Below, piece after piece: positions 57,159-64,000 of a stretch of 64,000 nt of DNA. Source of the stretch: Spirochaetota bacterium (lineage in GTDB: Bacteria; Spirochaetota; UBA4802; JAFGDQ01); contig JAZDKB010000019.1 of assembly GCA_043803405.1 (NCBI GenBank), positions 304,338 through 368,337 on the forward strand. The letters are read 5' to 3'. Below the pieces are notes generated by a model. That model saw only the letters and a program-made list of their open reading frames with translations, was not told where the DNA came from and made no database searches. Each line of letters begins with the position of its first letter. The stretch's first letter is position 1. The position numbers were made by a program, and so were the translations under genes.

Positions 57159-57601
57159 TTATGGAGTCGGCCTCATGGCGTTCTTTAGATTTCTGTAATT
57201 ATTGTTAAGAAGAGTAATATATGCGTTATATCTCATCTGGTTTTTCGCGGAATCGACAATTTCTTTTTCAATATCAACGTTATTTCCGTCATTTCTCATT
57301 GTTGTGTTATAATCAAGATTTATCCTGGGCTGTACGCTTTCAATTTCTCTGGGTGTATAGAACGGAATATGTCTTTTTTCAGTTAACTTTGCCGGCAGTT
57401 TGTTATCCGGGTCCTGCGCTTCCATTATTGCTCTCCTTAGCTCGCTTTCGAAATTAACTTCGCTTCTTTTAAAGTGCGGTACGTCCACATTTGCGACGTT
57501 ATTGGCTATCACTTTTCTGCGGATAGACTCTACATCCAGGGCTTTTTCCAGTAGAGTATTGACCTGCATTGATTTGCTTGTATCGAACATGATTTTCCTT
57601 C
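57159..57601 (-). CDS. flgB: Flagellar basal-body rod protein FlgB. Start reassigned to 57601 (MFDTSK...).
   Basis: IANNVANVDVPHFKR N-terminal rod motif. An AAGGAAAA RBS. Confidence 0.9.
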
Positions 57602-57826
57602 TTATGACCGATATTTCAAGGCAGGGTGAATTAATACACTGCCTTGTTATATACATCGGAATATTTAAAAAAAGCATAATAAATTTTTTTAATGAGACAT
57701 AAATTTTTTTTTCAATATTTGAATGCTAAATCATTAAAATAGCCAGCCGGGTCTGGCATAAATGTATTGAAAAATAAACGCCGTTTTTCATTATGTTATT
57801 GAGAATAATTATTTTACGAGGCCAAT
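57602..57826. promoter_or_regulatory. Divergent promoter region for the flgB operon (-) and the paaK operon (+). It contains the 8-bp-stem hairpin CAAGGCAG-ggtgaattaatacac-TGCCTTG (57629-57658) in the flgB leader.
   Basis: Intergenic position. Hairpin read directly. Confidence 0.5.
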
Positions 57827-59131
57827 ATGATTTTTAATAAAGAATACGAAACTATGCCGGAAAAGAAGATGAAAGAGCTTCAGCTTGAACGGCTTAAGTG
57901 GTCAATTAATCACGCATATAACAATAATTCATTTTTTAAAAAAAAGTATGATGAAGCCGGTTTTAATCCTGCTCAGCTTAAATCCCTTGAAGATGTAAAA
58001 AGAATACCTTTTTTAACAAAAGACGACATGAGGAATAATTATCCTTTCGGGCTATTTGCTGTTCCTCTGGACAAGGTCGTCAGGGTGCATGCGTCGTCGG
58101 GAACAACCGGTAAACCAACGGTAGTAGGGTACACAAAAAACGATATAGAAGTATTTTCCGAAGTAATGGCAAGAGGGCTGGCATGCTGCGGCGCAACGGA
58201 AAAGGATATTATACAGGTTGCATTTGGTTACGGGCTGTTTACAGGCGGGCTGGGCTATCATTACGGCGCAGAAAGGCTTGGCGCCATGGTAGTACCCACT
58301 TCGAGCGGGAATTCCGAGAGACAGCTGACTTTAATTCAGGATTTCGGCACTACTATGATCGCCTGTACACCGTCGTATATTTTAAATGTTGCTGATCATA
58401 TAGAAAGAAAGAGGCCGGATTACAATATAAGAGCTACAAAGCTAAGACGCGGAGTATTCGGCGCAGAGCCGTGGTCTGAGGGCATGAGAAAAGAAATTGA
58501 ATCGCGGCTCGGCATTGAGGCTTTCGATCTGTACGGGCTTAGCGAGATTATCGGGCCTGGAGTATCTTCCGAATGTTCACATAAACCCGGCATGCATGTT
58601 TTTGAGGATCATTTTTATCCTGAGGTCATTGATCCGGAAACAGGCGAAGTTTTGCCGGAGGGAGAGAAGGGCGAGATAGTTTTTACGACCCTCACTAAAG
58701 AAGCCTTTCCCGGCATTCGTTACAGGACAAGGGATATTTCGCGGCTATACAGGGAAAGCTGCGAATGCGGCCGCACATATATCAAAATGGAAAAAGTTAC
58801 AGGCAGAAGCGATGATATGCTTATCATAAAAGGAGTTAACCTGTTCCCGTCGCAGATTGAATCCGTGCTCATGGAGATTGAGGGCACAGAGCCGCATTAT
58901 CAGATCATTGTGGACAGGAAAGGCGCGCTTGACGAAATTGAGGTTATGGTTGAAGTAGACGAAAAGCTTTTCTCGGACGAAGTAAAGGTGCTGGATAGCC
59001 TGAAGAAAAGGATCAAGGAGAAGTTTAAAAGCGCTCTGAGCATATCGGCAACTATTAATCTGGTTGAGCCTATGACTATTCCCAGAAGCGAAGGAAAGGC
59101 AGTTCGCGTTATTGATAAACGAAAGATATAA
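57827..59131 (+). CDS. paaK: Phenylacetate-CoA ligase family (PaaK / F390 synthetase-like)
   Basis: [24 protein letters not shown]... SSGTTGKPT adenylation motif. 434 aa. Confidence 0.9.
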   Translation: MIFNKEYETMPEKKMKELQLERLKWSINHAYNNNSFFKKKYDEAGFNPAQLKSLEDVKRIPFLTKDDMRNNYPFGLFAVPLDKVVRVHASSGTTGKPTVVGYTKNDIEVFSEVMARGLACCGATEKDIIQVAFGYGLFTGGLGYHYGAERLGAMVVPTSSGNSERQLTLIQDFGTTMIACTPSYILNVADHIERKRPDYNIRATKLRRGVFGAEPWSEGMRKEIESRLGIEAFDLYGLSEIIGPGVSSECSHKPGMHVFEDHFYPEVIDPETGEVLPEGEKGEIVFTTLTKEAFPGIRYRTRDISRLYRESCECGRTYIKMEKVTGRSDDMLIIKGVNLFPSQIESVLMEIEGTEPHYQIIVDRKGALDEIEVMVEVDEKLFSDEVKVLDSLKKRIKEKFKSALSISATINLVEPMTIPRSEGKAVRVIDKRKI

Positions 59132-59149
59132 CTTTAAGGGAGGAAAATT

Positions 59150-59581
59150 ATGATAGTTAAGCAAATTTCAGTTTTTATGGAAAATAAACCCGGGCACCTG
59201 GAGAATATTCTTAAAGTGCTGGCTGATAACGATATAAACGTTCTTACTGTTACGGTAGCGGATATGTCCAACTTCGGAATACTGAGGCTGATTGTAAATG
59301 ATCTGGAAAAGGCAAAGAGCGTTTTTAAAAAAGCAAATATTACCTGTTCCGTGACCGATCTTTTGGCAGTTGAACTGAGCGATAAGCCTGGCGCTCTTTG
59401 CAAAGCGATTCAGGCTTTTACAAAGCATAGCCTGAATATTGAATATATATACACATTTGGAAGAAAAAGCGAGGATAACGGCGTAATGTTATTCAGGTTT
59501 GAAGATATTGAGGCTGCCAAGAAGGCTATTTCTGCCGAAGGGTACAAAATAATTAAAACGATAGAAATTTACGGGAAATAA
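59150..59581 (+). CDS. ACT-domain protein
   Basis: Two ACT-like beta-alpha-beta-beta-alpha-beta repeats. The usual partner of paaK/ior operons. Confidence 0.75.
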   Translation: MIVKQISVFMENKPGHLENILKVLADNDINVLTVTVADMSNFGILRLIVNDLEKAKSVFKKANITCSVTDLLAVELSDKPGALCKAIQAFTKHSLNIEYIYTFGRKSEDNGVMLFRFEDIEAAKKAISAEGYKIIKTIEIYGK

Positions 59582-59584
59582 ATA

Positions 59585-61144
59585 ATGGAAAAGAAAGTTT
59601 TACTTGGAAATGAAGCGATCGCACGCGGAGCTTACGAAGCAGGATGCCATGTCGCAACCGCGTATCCGGGAACACCGAGCACGGAGATACTTGAAACGAT
59701 TGCGCGCGATTACAGGGAGATAAAAGCGCAATGGTCGCCTAATGAAAAGGTAGCCATCGAAGTAGCAGCGGGCGCGTCTATGGCAGGCGCGCGTGTGCTA
59801 TCTGCTATGAAGCATGTAGGATTCAATGTCGCGGCCGATCCGATATTCACGTTTTCGTATACCGGAGTAACCGGGGGGTTCGTTATCATCAATGCCGATG
59901 ATCCCGGTATATGGAGTTCGCAGAATGAGCAGGATAACCGCCATTACGCGCGCGCTGCCAAGCTGCCCATGCTGGAACCGTCCAGCCCCCAGGAGGCGAA
60001 GGATTTTACAAAGCTCGCTTTCGATATTTCGGAACAATTCGACAGGCAGGTTATTATTCGAATTACCACGCGTGTTGCGCATTCGCAGGGCATTGTTGAA
60101 ATTGCAGACAGAAAGGATGTTAAGCTGAAAGATTATGTGAGAGATCCTTTAAAATATGTAATGCTCCCTGCATACGCGAGAACAAGGCATGCGTTTCTTG
60201 AAGAACAGCTGATAAAACTTAAGGACTATTCCAATAAATCGGGTTTAAACCGCATTGAATGGGCAAATAAAAAGAGGGGCATAATAACGGACAGCATCGC
60301 GTATCAGTATGTTAAAGAGACATGTCCGGATGATTCGGTTCTGAAGATCGGCATGGTTTGGCCTCTGCCGGATGATATGATACATGAGTTTGCCAGAGGA
60401 GTTGAAGAATTATATATAGTAGAAGAACTCGATCCGTTTATCGAGGATTATGTAAGAGCTTTGGGTTACAAACCCAAAGGAAAGGAAATAATTCCTATTT
60501 GCGGCGAGCTGACCCCGGATATTGTCGACAAAGCCCTGAACGGAAAGATTAGTCCGCGTAGATCGCAGGAGTACTCGACAAGTCCTTTGCCACCAAGGCC
60601 GCCTATGCTTTGCAAGGGGTGCCCGCACGGTTATGTTTTTCAGGTGCTCAAAAAGCTCGACCTTACCGTGAATGGCGATATAGGCTGCTACAGCCTGGGC
60701 ACGCTTCCGCCGTATTCCGCTATGCATACAGAGGGCTGCATGGGCGCGAGCATTGGAGTGCACCTGGGATTTGAAAAAGCGCGCGGCCGCGATATGGCTA
60801 AAAAGTGCGTTGCGGTTATAGGGGATTCTACTTTTGTGCATTCGGGTATTACGCCGCTTATAGATCTGGTTTACAATAAAGGCACCGGCACAGTAATAAT
60901 TCTGGATAACCGGAGCACTGCCATGACCGGGCATCAGGATCATCCTGCTACAGGGAAGACGCTGATGGGCGAGGATACTCACGAGCTCGACCTGGCGCTC
61001 CTTGTAAAGGCTGTCGGAGTAAAGCGGGTCGTTGTCGCTGATCCAAAAGATATAGAGAACTTTGAGAGGATCGTTAAAGAAGAAGTTGAAGCTCCTGAGC
61101 CATCTGTAATTATCTCCAATAGAAAGTGCATTTTAAAGAGGTAG
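59585..61144 (+). CDS. iorA: Indolepyruvate:ferredoxin oxidoreductase alpha subunit (TPP-binding)
   Basis: N-terminus LLGNEAIARGAYEAGCHVATAYPGTPSTEILE. CKGCPHG. TPP motif GDSTFVHSG. Confidence 0.9.
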   Translation: MEKKVLLGNEAIARGAYEAGCHVATAYPGTPSTEILETIARDYREIKAQWSPNEKVAIEVAAGASMAGARVLSAMKHVGFNVAADPIFTFSYTGVTGGFVIINADDPGIWSSQNEQDNRHYARAAKLPMLEPSSPQEAKDFTKLAFDISEQFDRQVIIRITTRVAHSQGIVEIADRKDVKLKDYVRDPLKYVMLPAYARTRHAFLEEQLIKLKDYSNKSGLNRIEWANKKRGIITDSIAYQYVKETCPDDSVLKIGMVWPLPDDMIHEFARGVEELYIVEELDPFIEDYVRALGYKPKGKEIIPICGELTPDIVDKALNGKISPRRSQEYSTSPLPPRPPMLCKGCPHGYVFQVLKKLDLTVNGDIGCYSLGTLPPYSAMHTEGCMGASIGVHLGFEKARGRDMAKKCVAVIGDSTFVHSGITPLIDLVYNKGTGTVIILDNRSTAMTGHQDHPATGKTLMGEDTHELDLALLVKAVGVKRVVVADPKDIENFERIVKEEVEAPEPSVIISNRKCILKR

Positions 61145-61146
61145 AC

Positions 61147-61731
61147 ATGATAAAGAACGTGATTTTTGCAGGAGTAGGGGGCCAGGGCGTTATACTTGCA
61201 AGCAAGCTGTTAATGGAAACCGCGATGAATGCGGGCTTTGACGTAAAGGAATCGGAAGTGCACGGGATGGCGCAGCGCGGCGGCAGCGTGGACTGTCATG
61301 TCCGTTTTGGTGATAAAGTATATTCCCCACTTATACCGTTCGGCAAGGCAGATTTTGTTGTAGGCCTTGAGCTTCTCGAGTCTATGCGCAAGCTCGATTA
61401 TCTCGCGCGTGACGGTAAAATGATAGTCAACCGTGAGCGGATCGATCCTGCACCTGTTCAGCTCGGCGCAATGAAATATCCTGAGGATATTGAAGCGTGG
61501 ATATTAAAGAATGCGGCAGGGAGCATGGTTGTCGATACGGCAGGCGCGCTTAAAGAAGTCGGTTCTTCAAGGGCGCTTAATATTGTAATGCTCGGCGTGC
61601 TTTCGCGTTTTCTGGATTTTGAATACGGGCGCTGGGAGGCATCCTTAAAAGCTCTTGTGAAAAAAAACTCTCTTGAGATGAATATCAGGGCTTTTAATAT
61701 AGGCAGGGAACTTGCAGGAAATTTAAAATAA
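61147..61731 (+). CDS. iorB: Indolepyruvate:ferredoxin oxidoreductase beta subunit. Start reassigned to MIKNVIFAGVGGQG.
   Basis: AGVGGQGVILASKLL, the pyruvate/ketoisovalerate oxidoreductase gamma-type domain. Confidence 0.85.
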   Translation: MIKNVIFAGVGGQGVILASKLLMETAMNAGFDVKESEVHGMAQRGGSVDCHVRFGDKVYSPLIPFGKADFVVGLELLESMRKLDYLARDGKMIVNRERIDPAPVQLGAMKYPEDIEAWILKNAAGSMVVDTAGALKEVGSSRALNIVMLGVLSRFLDFEYGRWEASLKALVKKNSLEMNIRAFNIGRELAGNLK

Positions 61732-61745
61732 GATAAGTAAAATAA

Positions 61746-62147
61746 TTATCCTTTTTTGCTCCAGTTCTCAATTACTAAACCTTCGATTCGCTCGAAATGT
61801 TTTTCGTTGTTTGTCACTAAAATTAAATTGTGAGCAAGGGCTGTTGATGCGAGTATTAGATCGAAATCATCCAGTGACTTTCCTGATTTTTCCTGTTTTG
61901 ATTTTAAAATTCCGAAGATTTCAGCTGTTTCAATACCGATAGGTATTTTTTCGATGTTGTTATCAATAGTTTTTATTTTTGCCAGATTACTTTCAATTCT
62001 CTGCGATTTGTATGCTCCATAATATAGTTCCATTAATGTAACAATGCTGATCTTAATAGGATCGTTAATATGTATTTGCAGATTTTCAACGACTGTTTTG
62101 TTTCCTTTCAAGCTATAAATGATGATATCGGAATCGAGCAGATACAT
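61746..62147 (-). CDS. vapC: PIN-domain toxin VapC
   Basis: LLDSDIII acidic N-terminus. DDFDLILAST. 133 aa. Overlaps the upstream antitoxin stop. Confidence 0.85.
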   Translation of the reverse strand: MYLLDSDIIIYSLKGNKTVVENLQIHINDPIKISIVTLMELYYGAYKSQRIESNLAKIKTIDNNIEKIPIGIETAEIFGILKSKQEKSGKSLDDFDLILASTALAHNLILVTNNEKHFERIEGLVIENWSKKG

Positions 62148-62446
62148 TAGAAACCTTTATTAAATTTTTTTGAATTTATTCTGGTTTTTTTAATTTCATT
62201 AATAATAGCATCTGCTTTTCTTGTATCATTCCATGAGCCGGATAATTCAAGTAATGTTTGCGCGGGACTTTTTGTCTTTTCTAATTGTTTTTCTTTTGAC
62301 AGATATGCTTTTATTAAAAATAAAACCTGTTGACTAACTGATCTGTTTTCAGAGGCAGCCATTTTTTTTATTTTTGAATAGAATTTGTCTTCAATACCCT
62401 TGATTTGTAAATTAGCCACTATTGTATGCTCCTTTTTTATCTTCAT
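62147..62446 (-). CDS. vapB: Ribbon-helix-helix (FitA/VapB-like) antitoxin. Start reassigned to MKIKKEHT.
   Basis: HTIVANLQIKGIEDKFYSKIKKMAASENRSVSQQVLFLI is an RHH pattern. Positioned 5' of vapC with a 1-nt overlap. Confidence 0.7.
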   Translation of the reverse strand: MKIKKEHTIVANLQIKGIEDKFYSKIKKMAASENRSVSQQVLFLIKAYLSKEKQLEKTKSPAQTLLELSGSWNDTRKADAIINEIKKTRINSKKFNKGF

Positions 62447-62500
62447 GAAAATGTAAGCATTTAGCATGAAAATAGCAATCAATTTTTTTGTATTTTTCTT

Positions 62501-63769
62501 TTATTGTTTTATCAGCTCTCTTCTGAGCATTTCCATAGCCATCATTGAAAACCAGCGCTTGTTCATTTGCCTGCGCCCGTATGATGCGCTGAGCCTGCTG
62601 TAAGGCGAGACCCAATGCTTTGCGGCTGTACCTTGCGGTGTCGCCAGCCCGACGCAAATTGTGCCTACAGGCTTTTCGGCAGTGCCCCCGTCCGGGCCAG
62701 CAATCCCGCTTGTTGCCAGCCCGTAGGTCGCGCCTGTTATACGACGTGCAGCATCTGCCATTTCGCGCACTGTTTCCTCGCTTACTGCCCCGAAGCGGTT
62801 TATTGTATCAGGATTAACGCCCAGAACGCGTATCTTTGCTTCGTTCGAATAGGTCACGCCCGAGAAAAGAAAGTAGCCCGAACTTCCGGGAACGCTGGTA
62901 ATTAAATCCGATATCATACCGCCTGTGCAGCTTTCGGCTATTGCAAGGGTTGCGGCCCTGCTTTGAAGCAGGCTGCCGAGCATTTGTTCCATAGTGGTTC
63001 CATCATAAGAAATAATATTAGGGCCTATTTGATCTTTAACCCATTCAGTGGCTCGGGCTAAAATTTCTTCCATTTTTTCTTTGTTGTCGCCGCGAATATA
63101 AAGCTTTACAAGTGTTTCAGGGAAGGTGGCTCTAAGCCCAAGTTTAATCTCTTTGAATTTATCCATAACAGCCGCTACCTTTTCGCCTACGACCGATTCT
63201 CCAAGTCCGATTGTGGAAATTGTTTTTACAATGCTGTGCTGATGCTTGTCTCCCTGAAGCTGTATTATGGACGGAATCACATGGTCTGTGAGCATCTTTT
63301 TCATTTCAAACGGGACGCCCGGCATAAAATAAAAATTGCAGCGTTCTATTTTTATTGAGAACCCGGGAGCTGTGCCTACAGGGTTTGTAAAAATAGTTGA
63401 ACCTTCAGGAAAATAGGCCTGCTTCTCATTTGATTTAGTCATTGGGCGCTGGAACTTTTTAAAAATCGCGCGTATGTTTTCGAGCGATTCCTCGTGAAGC
63501 AAAAGTTTTACTCCGGCAACCTTGGCGGCTGCTTCCGAAGAAAGATCGTCAGTTGTGGGCCCAAGTCCGCCGGTCACAAGAGCAATGTCCGCCCGCACGC
63601 TGATCTCGCGCAGAATGTCCGTCAAAACCGGCATATCATCGCCGCATGAATGGTGCCTCACTACCTCGATACCTATTTCCTCAAGCTTATCTGCTATATA
63701 TGCCGTGTTGCTGTCAACCAGGGCGCCCGAGCGGATCTCATCGCCTGTCGAGAGTAGTTCTGCTTTCAT
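62501..63769 (-). CDS. cinA: CinA-family competence/damage-inducible protein (MocF-like N domain plus PncC-like C domain)
   Basis: MKAELLSTGDEIRSGALVDSNTAYIADKLEEIGIEV...LVTGGLGPTTDD. GC-richer than its neighbours. Confidence 0.9.
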   Translation of the reverse strand: MKAELLSTGDEIRSGALVDSNTAYIADKLEEIGIEVVRHHSCGDDMPVLTDILREISVRADIALVTGGLGPTTDDLSSEAAAKVAGVKLLLHEESLENIRAIFKKFQRPMTKSNEKQAYFPEGSTIFTNPVGTAPGFSIKIERCNFYFMPGVPFEMKKMLTDHVIPSIIQLQGDKHQHSIVKTISTIGLGESVVGEKVAAVMDKFKEIKLGLRATFPETLVKLYIRGDNKEKMEEILARATEWVKDQIGPNIISYDGTTMEQMLGSLLQSRAATLAIAESCTGGMISDLITSVPGSSGYFLFSGVTYSNEAKIRVLGVNPDTINRFGAVSEETVREMADAARRITGATYGLATSGIAGPDGGTAEKPVGTICVGLATPQGTAAKHWVSPYSRLSASYGRRQMNKRWFSMMAMEMLRRELIKQ

Positions 63770-63847
63770 ATCCATATCCTGCAATTTTCTTTAAAATATT
63801 TTTGTAATAAAACTGCTATGTTTACAAAAATGGTAATTTAAAATATT

Positions 63848-64000
63848 TTATAAAGGCTCATCCGGAGTTTGGGATTTATCCAGCATTTTTCTGATCTTTC
63901 TTAACAGATCAACCGGGGCCAGCGGCTTTGGAATAAAATTAATTTCTATATCGCCGACTCCCTTTTGCTGAATAATATCGTGGGTATATCCGCTTACAAA
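63848..64000 (-). CDS. Response-regulator receiver domain, C-terminal end. The 5' part of the gene lies beyond the window.
   Basis: Reverse translation gives FVSGYTHDIIQQKGVGDIEINFIPKPLAPVDLLRKIRKML, a receiver alpha4-beta5-alpha5 pattern with KP. Confidence 0.45.
   Translation of the reverse strand, partial: FVSGYTHDIIQQKGVGDIEINFIPKPLAPVDLLRKIRKMLDKSQTPDEPL

Overview
This is a 64 kb, densely coded window of low-GC DNA (roughly 38-40% by eye, with a few GC-richer patches). It looks like a diderm (Gram-negative-type) anaerobe, possibly an uncultivated lineage: it encodes TolC-, Omp85-, LolA- and Slp-type outer-membrane proteins, and its flagellar genes run in Bacillus-like order. No rRNA, tRNA, CRISPR array, transposase or integrase was recognised. 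Genes called, in window order: a 5'-truncated fliD; argH; an MgtC-family protein; a GT-C glycosyltransferase; ispD; a ferredoxin-nitroreductase fusion; rmlA and rmlC; an acyl-CoA dehydrogenase; a Dus-family tRNA-dihydrouridine synthase; an APH-like kinase plus nucleotidyltransferase pair (AmgK/MurU-like); a Na+/solute symporter; a methyl-accepting chemoreceptor; a CusC-CusB-CusA heavy-metal RND efflux operon with a small Met-motif periplasmic protein; a PP2C phosphatase; a DUF4139 protein; a cassette of three lipoproteins and an Ala/Lys repeat protein; an enolase/alpha-beta-hydrolase fusion; a hybrid histidine kinase overlapping a B12-binding radical SAM enzyme; a large PilZ-domain protein; a flgB-flgC-fliE-fliF-fliG-fliH-fliI-fliJ operon that continues into a lytic transglycosylase, a YlxF/MotE-like gene, a LolA-like gene and an Omp85 gene; a paaK-ACT-iorA-iorB operon; a vapBC pair; cinA; and a partial response regulator. 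The most unusual sequence-level signals are a roughly 9.5-copy 21-bp tandem repeat with a GAAGCTTC palindrome core, sitting inside the cus operon just upstream of cusA; a two-copy dispersed structured repeat flanking the lipoprotein cassette; two AT-rich long inverted-repeat elements with GC-rich cores; a 33-bp promoter-like motif shared by two unrelated genes; and a perfect 12-3-12 palindrome.
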